Assembly (NCBI RefSeq): GCF_000181795.1
Contig: NW_003526943.1
Location: 3,563,150-3,627,149, forward strand
Source: Trichinella spiralis
Taxonomy: Eukaryota
Length of the DNA stretch: 64,000 nt
Direction: 5' to 3'
Numbering within the stretch: the stretch's first letter is position 1; every line of letters begins with the position of its first letter. Positions 38,001 to 53,000 of this stretch are shown piece after piece. The notes beneath the pieces are model-generated. The model was not told the origin of the DNA. It saw only the letters and a program-made list of their open reading frames with translations, and did not search any database. Both the position numbers and the translations under genes were made by a program.

Positions 38001-41000
38001 ATTATTCATAAATAATTTGATAGAAAGCTCACAGTATTTGCTATTCCTACCTGCATTTTATATGTATACACGTGAATATGTTATAATACATTCACAAAAT
38101 TTATCAAGTAAATACGGCCCCCTTTAAAATTTGAAATTTCATTTTTTTGTATTTTATTTAATTGCATTTTTGTATTATAAACATTGCAGTATTTATCATC
38201 ATTTTTATTATCTGATATTATTAGTATTACTAATATTCCATTTTTCAAATTTCAAAAAGTAATATGAATAGAAAAAGAAAAATAAACGTACAACAGAGTG
38301 AAACTGCTAAATCATAACATTAAATAATGTACTTTCATGTATTATAGTGAATCATCAAAAAGAGTCTAATGAAGGTTTAAACATACAACATGGATAACTG
38401 CCTGTAAAATATAAAAATACTTTTATATTGGAAATGTGAAGGCAATTTTATAAAAATAAATTAGAAGCTGCATTTTAAGTTGTCTTTAAGCTGAACAATT
38501 GAATTTTTTATACTGGAGCGATGCACTGCCTTTTAAGGATATGCTTAAAAAATTTTCTACACATTTAAATTAAATAATAAGCAAAAATATTTATAAATGA
38601 ATCAATATGTTAAAAATTAATTCATGCATTGTCTTTAGAGAATATGTGACGTCAGCAAATTCAATACGCAGAACAATAATCAACTTTTGCTAATTTCCAA
38701 AAAAGGAAATAATTTTTCTTATCTACTCATCACTAGCCTTCTTGACAGCTTTTCAGGGTTAATTAAATGGAGCGATTTTTTCGCAGATGCCATAGTCCTA
38801 ATTTAATTTCATGTTCCGCATATTTGAAGAGTGTTTTATTGAATTTATCAAAATTGGATCCATTGACAAACTTAAATACCATAAGCAATACACTGACTCT
38901 CAAACGTGTAATTTCTCTTATTTTTTCAAACAATTCTTACTGACATTAAAAAAGTTAAGATTATTTTTTTATTTTCAAGGTACTACTATTTAAAATACAT
39001 TTCAAAACTGCTCATTATACAAATACCCAATCTTTGTCATTTGTGCAAAGCATTAATCAAGCCGCTAGATGAGGTTAATTCAGTCACAGTATTGTAAAAG
39101 GGTTTTTAATAAAAAATCTTTCATCATAAATTTTAGCTGACAATTTGCTGAAAAACGTTAAGATTAATTTTAATGTAATAATCTTATTTATGTATTGAGT
39201 TAACTGCTATAACAACATTGAATGCAAAGAATCATTTTCACCTCTTTTGGATACAATGGTTTTAAAGATATTTCGTTTAATAAAAATAACTACGAAGAAG
39301 CTATTTTTTCTAATATTATTTAGCACAGCGGTTGAATTAACACTGCTCACCTGTTTCATTTATTTAAGTTTTCATTTCTTTACTGTAAAACATATTTAAT
39401 ACTTTTTAATTGGAAGATTCATTGCACATGATCAAATTTTTATCATTTTATAACATAAACTGACATGTTAATCTATGTACAAATGGATAAAAATTTATAA
39501 ATGTGTTGTTCATCATTTTAATGCTTTTAAAATAAAATAATTTAAAAACATCATTTAAGTGCAAAAAATAAACAAACAATTTGCTTTACTTACCAGTGGA
39601 AAAAGGGTTTAGCACTGTATAAGCTTCATCGATGTTGACTTTTAGCTTTGTTCAGCTACCCACACTCCAAGAAATCATTAAAATTTTTTCATACACATCA
39701 GTTGCATATTCAGGACTTTGGGCAAATATAAGGTTTCTTTTCATTTGGGCATCCAAATGCAATATATTGTTAAAACTAAAAATTATTTTCAATCAGCAGT
39801 CCACACACAACAACAAATCATAAATTCATGAACAATAAAAAATAACATTTTGCTAAATGAGTAATGTAAACATAAATATATTGTTTAATCAAACATTGAA
39901 ATTGATCTTCTGATGCAACAAGTTTCAATGTTAAAAATTATGATATCGTTCAAATTAAATTTAATGAAGAATGAAACATGCAATATTTCAACGCGTCAGT
40001 TTTTCTTCAATATGTGATAATTTTGGTTATGATAATGTTGTGTTTAAAAAGGAAATTTTCATAAACAAAAAATTAAAAATAAATTAATTTCAAATATGCA
40101 ATAAATTTGCTAATTAGGAGTTGATCCTAACTTGGTTAGAATAGTAATGCGATGTTGGACATCAATTTTAATAAAGTTGCGCACTTAAAACCCACCGCTG
40201 CACAGTCTCAGCACCCGATGATCTCTGCTTGCGGTTATTTAAGTTGTCAATATAAATATCACGAAAACATCAAAATTGAAACACACACAATCACAGATCA
40301 TGATGTAGATAAATGCATCAATAAAATTTGCAATTCTCTCTGAGAAATGTCTTAAACTATTAAATGCAGTCGAAGTATGATGGCAATATTAAAAAAAATT
40401 ATTACTAATTCCACGTCAGCATACGTGCAAAATCTAAAACATGTAATACATTTTTGCTTTTCCTTTTTGAAAATGAATTTCAATCAAAGTGGATACAAAG
40501 CATCAATCACTACCCCTGTTCAATAATTACTAAGTAAAAAAGCACTGGTTAATTGTATGCCAAAGTCGAAGATGGAATATTTCTTTGTTTACAGAAAATC
40601 AAGAAATTCAATTATGAAACATCTTAGAAAGAGTATTTGACAGTTTTAACTGAATTATTTTTCAACATATCAGAAAAAAAGATTACTTGGAATGTGTAAT
40701 ATATTTATTTGTCTGTGTGTCGACCATTCTTCATCATTTTAAACGTAAAATCCAGGTAAATGAGAAAAGTCATTCAAAATAGCGTCTGCCACGTGCAATT
40801 TAGTTTAAATCAATACACAAGCTTTGCTTTGCATGTTCCCAGAGTTTAATTATCATCAAAATCGAAAGCTAGGCTGAGATTTTCCCACCGCGTCAAATGC
40901 GTTGTCACACAACAGAGAGTACTACGTCTTACGTACCAAAAAGTCACTGGAGACTATCGACTTGATTAGCGCTTTTGAAAGTAAGCGGCAAACAAGCAGC

Positions 41001-44000
41001 TTTGCCCATTAACTTGTAAAAGTCAGCAGTACTGTCAAAGAAAACTAAATTTTAAAAGCTGTCCACTGGATGCAGCATTATTTTTTACTTTGTCTAAATT
41101 TGCATCCAGCAAGTGTCAACAGACTATCATATAATTCATACTTTTCTCTCTTAACAATTTTTAAATGCATAAGCAAAAGCTTTTACTTAAAAAAAGAAAA
41201 ATTGAACAAGTTATGACAAATTTCAGCTAACAACGATCGAAAGAGATCCAAATGTAGATAAATTTACTGCTGATTGTACTGACTGGACAGTAAAAATGTA
41301 TGATGCACTGATTTATACATTATTTATAGAATTAATCTTTTTATAAAACTGTACATTAATACGTTACATATATTTTTTTAATTTATATTTATAAAGTTGT
41401 TTTAATGTGAAAAAAAACCGTTTATAATTAATGCGCCTTCATTAAAAAAGGGATACATTGAAGTCAATAGGAAATGGGTTTTCAAGATTGCAATGAATTG
41501 CAAATTGAATGCTGGCAATGAATTGGTAGCAAATAAATGCGGCTTTAAAGTTGAATGAATAAGTGAATGAATGAAGGCATGTCGGTTAAGTTTAAAAGAA
41601 ACAGATTTTTCAGCTAATTATTTACAGTATTACCGGTTGGCTTATCTTTTGATTGATCTTTGCTAATTTCGACATTGGAACGGCAGCAAAGAAACGAAAG
41701 CAAAGGCGTGGTGACCCGTCGGGAAAGATCGCAAGCCGCTCGTCACCATCGTCCGAATAACAACTGTTTGATAAATGATCAAATCGATGGGCTGAATTTT
41801 CTCGCCAAACCCACAAGGCTAAATAGATCAAGAATCCCCGCAGGTTTGGCAGAACGTAAAAGTGGCCGGCGCCGAAAATCAAACCATCTGGTCAATAACC
41901 AAATCCCCCGTCTCAGAGGCGAGCGTGTCAGAACCTGCCCTGCAAGAATACCAACATGCTTGTTGGAAAAGCATTTCCGTCTTCCTAACCAAACTTCCCA
42001 AAGTCAAGCCCAAATCAATCTGCTCTATTGTGAAATATCTTAATATTCGTAATAAGATTCCATCTTGCCTACAACATGCCTAATTGTCATTTGAAGGCGA
42101 TCAATGAATTAACATTTTGAGCATAAGGATTCAGTTTCGAGATGGCCAACTTGCCAAGCGCTTCCTAAGTCCAACCGAAGACGAACGCTTGCTTGCAAGC
42201 TTCAAAGGTCAGCAGCTAAGCATGTCCATATCGATTGTCCATTCTATGTTCTTGAACCTCATTCAGGCGGCTTATCTTTCAGTAAGCTTTCATGCGTCAG
42301 TTAGTCAAATTATTCTTTCGCACTAAAACATCCACCAAGCTCTCGAATACATACTATTTATGTACAATTAGGCAAAATGGTTTATTGTTTACACTAAAAC
42401 TTCAAAATTATTTCAAAACAAAAAATTATCTTAAAACATTGACGATGCAAATTTTACAACTGGCACGCAGTTCGTGATGTGGAGCTCAAAAGAAGTGTTG
42501 AGCGGGTGAAAAATTTTAAATTTACAAAAAGCAATAAAAAAGTGAAAAAGAAAGTTAAAACCCTATTTATCCCACACTGAATCACGTAATACGAGTGCTC
42601 TTTAAATCTCTCATTGAATTCAGCAGCATTTGACGATGCTCATTAAGCATGGTGAGAGATCTGTTGATGGAAAGAGCAGTCATTGAAAAAATCTAAGCAT
42701 CAGCACAAGTGTATCTCAACTACTTCTCAGTAACCGCAGTGCGCATGCAAATGTCAACATCGTATTTGTTCTATCCTTAAAACAAGATATTACAATAAAT
42801 GATTGCTTTATTTTACATTGTTAAATTAAATAAACAATACAAATTGTATAAATACATCTTTTAAAATGTTTAACGAATATTAAACACGCAAAATGCTCAT
42901 CGGACTATTTTTTGCGTTCTGCAAATATCAAGTTATTGCTACAGTATTAATGTGCATTAATTTATATAATAAAGATATTTTAAATGAATTTTAATAAAAT
43001 GGAAACGTTTTTGAGGCGGAATAATCGACATTCGAAAGAGCTGTTTGCATTCACAGTGCAAATTTCAGATAAATAAAGGATTTCTTTTCTAACTTTTTTT
43101 AATCATTTAATTGCATTTGGGATCTTGGAAAATTAAATGGAAAATTCAAAATTCACTATTCCTTTCTCAAAAATTATTTCCTGTTTTAGTGACAATTTAA
43201 TAACCTGCACTAATTTAAAATAAATTATTATATCTGTGGAATTTTTTCTAAACTTTAGTAAAAAATTTTATACTTAAAAATTTATCAGCCCACAAATTGT
43301 TCACAATGCATAATCATCTTACATATACACATCTTCACTTATTTATTTATACAACATTTTAAATATGTTTCAAGCATAATAACAATATTAAATAAATAAT
43401 AATGATCATTATTATTATTGTGACAAACTAATTTGCCTGTTAAACTGCGATGTATGAGAAAACACTTGATTTAAATAACTGAACTTTTATATTCCCATGT
43501 ATTACATAATGGGTGTTTTATGAAGATGAGCAAAACACTAAATAAAAAATTAGATATGCACGTCTTCCCATGATGTTATAATTAATAATGAACAGTGTAA
43601 AAATTAAATTTCAATGCAATTTGATCTAATTAGTTGCAATTTAGAGTTAAAGGATTTTATTATTTTAAAATTAATTAGATGTTAATTTAATCATTCAATC
43701 AGCCATTACAGCAAGTTAAACATTATAAAAAGGACTTCGTTAAATACTTGAATTAAATGAATATATCTTTCTTGAGCATCTTTGTTATGTAAATGAAAAT
43801 TTCCATTGACAATAAGCAAGAAAAATGATGAAGATACACTTGCTTACTTTGAACAAAACGCTTCTTTTCTAGAAAAGCATTTGCATTTATTTTATTATAG
43901 TTGAAGCTCTTATTTTAATTTGATGACACTAAAAATTCAAAAACAAGAATTGTTTAAATGAACTTCAAAATTCTAAGAAAAATTAATAAATGAAAAGACA

Positions 44001-47000
44001 CAGTTGTAACTGGAGATGAACCCACACAAATGTAATTCTGACGTACAACTAATGCATTAAAAGTATACAAAAAAAATTCTTGCATCCAACTAACCCTCAT
44101 CATCAGTTTATTCTTTGCAAATCATCAGTGAAATCAACCTTTCAGTTTTCTCATGTGTAAAGTTGCAGGGAGTGATAATTTTATATGATAAGGAATGGTG
44201 ATTTAAAAAAATCAGGATACATCATCCGCGTACGTAAATTTTTCAAAGCCAGTAATCACAAGTTCAACAGTTGCAGCATTTTTTATTGTTCAAGTAACTT
44301 ACAGTTGAATATTGTATTTATTGTTTATATATTTATTTATTTATTTTTATTTTTATTTACCTAAATATTATCTACATATTTAAATTTGAAATTTGAATTA
44401 TGAACTGTGGTATATAAATTCTGATTATTATAAATTTGTATTCTCTTTTGGACGTTAACAGCCGTATACTGAATCAAATATTAAAAGTTAGTTTGTATGA
44501 TCTCTGACCAATAAAACAACTTACATAATATCGTGACCATTCAAAGCATTTACTACTTCGATTGCTAAATAGAAAAAATTCAACTTTTCAATATTCATTC
44601 ATTTTAGAAATATTATTCATTTGAAAATTGAGTTTGCAATTGAAGTTAAGAATTGGAATACTGAAAAGAATATATTCCAATCTTATCACCATAAACGGAT
44701 GGAAGAATTTTGAATGTTTAAAATGTCAAATAGCATACTGTTATGCTTACATTAAAGTCAAACTTTGTTATAATTATTAATGATAGTTCACGCTTTAGAG
44801 GATGCATGTGTTCGTTGTGCCAACAAATCGCAGCTGGCTGAAATATCGCATAAATTTCGCAAGCAATCGATTAAACATTGCATGACCTTAAAATGCATGC
44901 CAATTCAAATAGATAGATTTGATTTTGAAAAATGCCACTTTGTAATAAATGATAAACGTTCAATCAGAAATCTGCCACTTGATCAATTGAGCATTCTTTA
45001 AACGCTTATTGAATTGTAATGCTACAAACGTAAATTTTTGGTAATATTAATTAATAAGCAAAAGTAATTTATCAATTGTTTTTTTTTTATTTTTATGAAA
45101 TCAACAAATTGTCAATAATTATTTTCATAATGCATTGTAAAGCCTTCAAAATAAGTAAAGCTCCTAAAAAGCTAAATATGAAATTTTAAAACATTTGCCT
45201 CTGCTCACAATTTCTAAAAGCTATTTTAAAGAATTTGGCACAGTTTAAAGTTTACAAAATAAAAGTGAAATATTATTTATAATGAACTACTTAAATCTTA
45301 CATTAATTTATTTATATTTCTTGTTTGGTAAGTGCACAAATTATCCATCATCTTTTGGAGCACCACATAAGCAATGAAATTTACAATGGTTTTAACTAAA
45401 CTTACTCCACCAGCTAGCTAGCTTCAAGAAGCAAACAAATTTAAGCATTTAATAAATGCTATTTATTATCCATAAAATTGAGTTGTTGCAAATTTTACGT
45501 TACTTAAAAGATTTTTACCATCCTATATAACATGCTGAATTTGTCATATTTGCTAAATTTGTAAATGCATTTGTCTACATGTATATATTATCAAACTTTA
45601 ATATTAATATAGACATATTGTGTCATAAAGTTAAATTACCTATAACAGTTTATTAAATTTACTATGAAAATAGAATTGCGTGATTTTTTAAAAATACATT
45701 TGTCCCATTTGAACATGTTTGATCAATAAAACAACAATAACAGCTATATTTTGGCAGATGTACGAAAAACTTTAGAAAATTTTTCATTTTTCAGTTAATT
45801 TCTGAATTAATAATTTACATGAATAACAGAGGTTTTCCGATTGTTTAAAATGATTTGAAATCTATCGTATTATTATGATTCAGTAACTACACAGTCTAAT
45901 GAATAACAATTTCTTATTGCTGCCCATTTGTACAGGAAATGAAATAAATCATAAATGATAGAAAATAAAACAGGGTAAATAGCTAAAAAATGCAACACTT
46001 TTTAGGGATCTTTTAGAAAAATTTAAGCAGTTTTTCTTACAAAAAGGACTTCAGTGAGTGAACATGAAACCTAATTCAGCATAAATATATTTATAATATA
46101 TTTTAACACCATTTAATCACTTTAATACTTGAATCGGCTTATTAAAAGAAGAAAATATATACTGGAAACACATATGATGGTTGGAATTGCAAATCATTAC
46201 CGTCAATAGGAATGTAATTTTTATTTTAGAAAAAGAAGAATTTCTTGCTTCACAGAACAGTGAGCATTATTTTTTTAAATATTTTTGCGAAATGATTTAT
46301 CACGCTATCATCAATCAAAAATCTTCTGGGATATAATCCATAAAATAAAATAAAAATTCATCATTTTTATTTCATGATCTTTCCGCATTTGACTTAATAT
46401 TCCTCCACAACTGTAAGAGCTTTTATGTAAAAATATAAGTCTGAAATATTACAACTGTACAACATTCTGTTTAATGTAAAAATCAAGAAAAATAAAGGAA
46501 CTGAAATTCAATATGCCAGATGTTTGCAAAGCAACAGCTTATATTATCATTCATACGGCTAAGATTACATTTATAGACCGTATTTTATCTAAGAAATGAT
46601 GATATATAAAATAAAGATACTTAAATTTGACATGAAAAGGCTATTAAGTTCAAACACGAATATATTTTCAGGTATATTTGTACATGTATAATTTGTTTGT
46701 ATTATATTTAGATAAAGTTCAGTTTTTCATTCCAAAATTTTTGAATGCACTTTTAAATCATAAATGAATGTTGAAATTTCAAAATATCTCTTCACCACCG
46801 TATTTCATTAATAATAGATATAACTATAAACTATATGGTTAATTAAGTTTACTTAAATTAAATTACAGATACACCTTAAAAAACATAAAGTAGATTTACG
46901 GTTCCTTTACAATTTAGGTTCGTTTACTCTTTGCCTTCACTTTCTTTACTTAAATTTTGCAGTTATGATCATGTAAAAAACCCTTAATTTCTCACGTAAC

Positions 47001-50000
47001 TTCTTTACTTTTATTTAAATATCTTACTTTTGGGATCACAATTGTTCCCAAAAGTAGCATTAAATTCTTATCTTTGGTGTCACCCCTTTTCTTACTATAT
47101 ATGTGATTTGAATGTAAGATTCACTAAATAAAAAATTTTTTTGTCATTTTTGTTAAAATATAAATGCTGAGGGTTCGTCATATTTAAGCAGATAAAATCA
47201 AACATGCTTTTTCTTTTATGTGACATCAAGAAGGCGGCAGTTTTGTTTTGGAAATAGCCCTTGGGAAAAGTCTATGCTAAAATGGCTTAAAATATTTGAA
47301 ATTAAAAAACCGCTTTGCTTAATTTACTTTATTTAGGAAAGACTAACAGAATTTCAAGCATTATTGATGCCAACAAATGGCTTCTATCACAATAAAAATA
47401 AATATTCCACAATAATCTGTTGAAACAACATAAGAAAACACTTTACTAATTACAAATTTAATTTTAAATGTTTGCATCAGCAAATGCAAATAGAAAGCAG
47501 TTGCTGTTTTGTCCAAATAATTTTTATTCCTTTAGTAATACAGTAAAAGCACCTTTCAAGAAGAAATTTTCAGAAGCTATTCTGAATTTTAATTTGCTAT
47601 AATCAGTTTTGATTAACGAAGCGACTTCGTTCATTTTGTATTAAAGCATTTATTAATTAAAAAATATCTACAAATATGAAAATTGTTTACCTTTCCAAAT
47701 CCAATTTACCTTTTTTAGTTAAGATGCAAGTTACCAAATAGCGAAATATTTTTCTCTGCGTTTGCATTTAAGCAAAAAAATTCGTGCCGCATGAAGAATC
47801 TCGCCCGTTTAATTGTGCATCATGGTGACAGACGTTTATTGGAAGCACTGATTTGAAGGAAATGACATTATTAAAATATCTTCATTCTTCTTTTGCCAAA
47901 CAGATAATAATCATATTGCAGACATGTGAATTTTGACAGCTGTCTAGCCGTCAGTCGATGCAACGAAAAACGTAGTCTTTGTAAACTGCTTATTTTAAAG
48001 AAAGGTATATTTTTATACCAATTATGCAAATCATTGCACAATACTACCTATAATAAAATATCAGACGAAAAAATAAAAATATACTTTTTAAATTTCACCT
48101 TTTACCAGTGAAAACATTTTTTAAACAGTTGTAAAAATGCTTCACACTAGAATATACAATTCCAATATATATTGAAATCAAATTTAATTCAATTAGCACA
48201 CAATCACATTTTGAGATATTTGAATATAATAAAATTAAAATTTAACAATTCTTTTTTGTTCTTCAGTATTAAAAAAGCATATTTCATTTTTCTCCATGAA
48301 AAAAATTTAATAATTCCAGACATTCAAAATAGGGGAAAATATTATCCATAGGAGCTGCTGTGAAAATATGCACACATGTTCTATCTTTTTATCTCTGGTA
48401 TTTCTTTGGTATTTCATAAGTTTGCATTAATTGTAGATTCAAATTTCACATTCTTGTTCAGCTGAAATATGCAACTCAAAAACTGCAAGTTACCGAAATT
48501 CATTTCCTCTATTGACGTTCATCCATTAAAATTTCAATGCACGGAACAACAAATATGAGCTGTGATTTTTTATAAATTTAAAAAGTAGAAACATTTGTAA
48601 CTGATAGATAATTATGAATCGAAAGCAATGAGAAAAATGTTCCGCAGATTAATCACAATTTGTATCAGTATTCTAACGATGCTAAATACTGATTTCGATC
48701 AACACGAGCGCATTTATAGAATATTTTATGTCCAACGATTCGCAAATTATTTAAAGTCATAATAAAGTAAACATAAAATTTTTCCTGACACCTCTCCAGG
48801 CTATTTTAAATATCCATTACATAGAAATTGGAATATGACTTACTGCTTACCTTTCTTTTGACTGACAATAAGAAATTAGTAAGCGTACATTCATTGGAAT
48901 TCCAAAAAATAATATACCACTGACCAACAAGCAGCACAGCTTCTAATTTGTTAAAGATGCTAAAAAATTATGAATTAAAGATGTTTTAAATGTAAATTAG
49001 TATTTAATAAAAAGAAAATGAAACTTTTAATTCATGGACAAGTTGTACACTGGACTTTATTTTTAGCATATGAAATTTACTGAAAAAAAATCTTTTTTTT
49101 AACCGTCTACAACAGAACTTTCTTAATTATTGCTCATTTTTTAAATTATTATTTACAAATGAAAAACTGCTTTTAATAGAGAGAATCGAGACAAAAAGCT
49201 ACCACCGTAGGAGGTGATGAAATTATTTCTTCCCATAGAGGCTTGATCAAATGTAAAATGATGGTCATTAAAAATTTACTGTGGCGGATATGGTAAAATT
49301 GGTTGATAATTTTAGTCGGTAAAGTGAGCATCGAATTTTTCGTTATTCAACTCAGTCAGGGGAATGTATAATCAGTTATTCAAAATTTTTGATCAATAAA
49401 TTACAAACAAAATGTGAAAAAATTTATTGCCGCTTCGTTTTCAAATTTCAGAATTAATTGTCTCCATTTTCTCAATTGCACGTAACAAGCTTTAACTCAT
49501 AAGCAATTAACTATTACATTAATGTTTGCATTTTATGGATTTCATAAAATTCATGTTTATTTTTTTTGTTCATTGATTTGTTTTTTCGATATTTGAAGTG
49601 AACATTTTAAAAGTATTCAATCTTATTTAATAGTTATTTTATTTTTCATTGTTTTGAAATTATTCCTTTCTTATTGTTTTCTCCGAAGATTTATAATAAT
49701 AAATATTACTCATAAATAAAATTACTTTAAAATAATTTTCAAAATCAAACGCTATGTTTCAGTGACTTTTACATGATAATGCTTGCACAAAATTATTTGA
49801 TATTTTCAAATAAAAATATTATTTATTTATTCTATATTGTAGTTTTTCAATCTTTGCGAGATTCATTAAAACAAGTTTTATATTAAAAACAATTTAGTAG
49901 AACATAACTTATGGATATAATAAATATTACATTTTGGATTTGTTCGTAAAATGTATTCTTTAGAAAGTGATTATTAACATGAACATTCCGGTGACCAGAT

Positions 50001-53000
50001 TTATTGAATAAATAAATCCCTGCATCAAGATATCAGCCATGCTAGAACATATTGTAGACGATGCATTAGCACCAAGAATGCATATTCTCTTTATACATAT
50101 TGAAAAACTAATAAGTTGCAAATGAGATTATAGCCAACTAATGCAATTGAAAATGAATAGCAACCGCATAATGCTCAGCATATGAAAAACTGTCATAACT
50201 GATTCAATTTTTTCAAATGCAATATTTAAAATAAAAAAAATTTGACATCAACGTAAATGCTATTATATTGAAGATAAATTGTGACTTCTTTTTTACCAGA
50301 TTTTCAAGCATTCATATTTCAGACTAAAAAAAGCTGTTTTCAAATTAAAAAAAAGTTTATCAATATTAAATGTTAAAATGGTTTTTCACCATGAATCAAG
50401 TGTAATTTCAAATAAATTTAAATTGATTTTTTAAACTATTAAAATAAATTAAGCAATGGCAAGCAATTTTAAAATCCTTTTAGTGGTGCTTAACTTAATA
50501 ATAACATTTTTTACGCTAGCTTTGCGTTGTAATTTTTACAGTTACGCTTTTGATGCAGTTGAGTTGAAGTTTTAGTGCAGTTTATGTTAAAATATGTCCA
50601 TTCAAATTGAATCAGTATCAAATTGAACTAATTCTTAAACAAAGAACATATTAATGCATTATTCTTATCATTAATATTAACATCACATATTCATGTACAT
50701 GCAACATGCATGCAATGTTATATATATTGGCATATAAAATGATCCTTCATCGCATGATGGCAATATAGTTGTGCAGAAAACATTGATGCGCGCTTGACTG
50801 ATCGATTTCAAAAAGCTCAGTTGATAACCACAACTTATCTTTAATGGAAGATATAAGCTGCGCATTAGCATGCTTTAGCGTCGTTCATCACTTTGTTGAA
50901 TAATTATTATTTTGATGTTTCATTATTGTTTATGAAACTATTTCATTTGGAAAGGAAAGGAAGAAATTTTCTATCAAAATAACAAAAATTTGTATATTTC
51001 ATACGCAATTCCATGGTTTGAATTTTTCACAGAAATGGATAAAATAATAATAATAAATTCAGTTTGTTGTAATTGAAAATTATAATTTCTTTTGTGAAAG
51101 TAAATTTTTATCTTTTTATGTTTCATGTTGAATGTATATGAATCATTTTCAGTTTGCTGTGTTGTGTTGATGCTAATGCAATCCAGCAGAATATACGAAA
51201 ATACATATTACCTGAAGTTGTTCATGGTAATTTTTGTGCATCATTAGTGCTCAACAGTATGTATTTGTGTATATACTGAGTTGTCCAATGCCCAGTATCC
51301 AATAATGAATAGTGCATAAGTGAAATTTGAACGATCATGAGTTAGTAACTTCCTTATTACTGATCAATAGTCATGCGATTGACTAATGAAATTAGGGCTT
51401 CGACAAGGACCTCTTTCAATTGATTTAAATCATTACATTCATTACAGTGGTTCAATCGAACTGTCCTTTTGCCGCATAAAGTGGCAAAGCGTTGATTTTG
51501 CTCAAGTGGAGATAAAACTATTATTGTGCAATAAACAATAAAGAGGAAACAACCTTTTTTCTCCAAACTTATTCATCAAAAGCAAAGAAGAATATTTGGA
51601 TCACGAATTTCAAATACTAATGTTTGCTTTAAATTTAATAAATATAATAAATTCTTGACATTTTTTTGTAAATTAAACTATCTTATAATTACTAAAATCT
51701 TAATTTGTAATATGTTAATTTTTTATCAGATTTAATTTTCATTTAATTCGTTGATAAGGATTAACTAATTTGTATTTAAATTTAATTTTGTTTATTTAAA
51801 AAATAATTAGTGCATTATGCTTATAACGCATAAATATGTAAAAAATTTTCTCTTTTAATTTTCTTACGGAATATCTTTTGATTTTGATAAAACTCATTTT
51901 TACTTTCAAAATTTTTTGATTCACTGTTTAATAAAATGGTTGATATTGCATTACTAAAACCATATTGCAATTTTTATCACTATAATATAATCACATTATG
52001 CGTTATTATAAAATTTCAATCTTTCTGAATTAAATTCATAAACGAATTTTTTAAATTCATGTTCAAATTTTCAAAATTAAATATCAAAAGTGATATTATA
52101 AATACATGGCATAATAAAATTCAACTGTTCTGAAAGTAAAAGTTTGTCAAAAATAATATTTTAAAGTAATTTTCTTTCTGAAATAGCTAAATTGTACAAG
52201 TAGCTGAAACAATAAATCTATTCATAAATTTTTATTGATTTTTAATTCATTTAAAATAATATTCAAAAAATTCATATGTTCAATTAAAATTTAAATTATG
52301 CGATACTGATAAAAGCGTAAACATATGGTTTGCTGTTTAGAGTATATTATAAATTTATTTCATAGCTTCAAACTTGTACAAAATTAAATGCAGTACATTT
52401 TTAAAGTAAAATTACTAAATAAAATATAACTCTATTCATAATTATTATGTCTAAATATGGAAATAATAAATAAACTTAAGTTAATATTTTGTGCTATTTT
52501 TCAAACTTTATTTGCTCTTTAACTCAATTTACCTTAAAGCAATTAAATTTTAATGTGAATTTAAATGTCTCTTTAAAAAATTTTAGTTATCTCAGTATCC
52601 TCTTTTATAAACTTCCATCTACTGCATCAAAATAAACAACTTGGTTAGTTGTTGAAAATTTTACTAAACAGTAATAAACTTAATTTTACGCATAATTCTA
52701 AGTATTCTGTTTCAAAATCTATTCCTTGCAGTGATGAACTTTGACGTGTATCAAGTTGAAAAACTTCAAAAAATTTTATAAAAAATTTTTTGGATTGGTA
52801 ATGTAACAGAACAAACTATTTTGAAACTTAGCATTGTTAAAAAAGCAAACGTTGTATTATACATATAACTGTAGCACTATCAAAGTTCATTGCTTTATCT
52901 AAACTGCCCAATATACTTGTACTATACTGGTTTGATTGAGTATGCATATATCAAACTGTGGACCTCTTACATATCGGTATAGTTTCTTATTCAAGCTATG

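Noticed and set aside
41622..42326. 127-aa basic ORF and its neighbours as a hidden gene
   Set aside because: No ATG start, domain motif or consistent splice model. Kept only as a GC-richer island.
47257..47266. COE/UNC-3-like motif GCCCTTGGGA upstream of the receptor
   Set aside because: A single imperfect match in 24 kb cannot be told apart from chance without conservation data.
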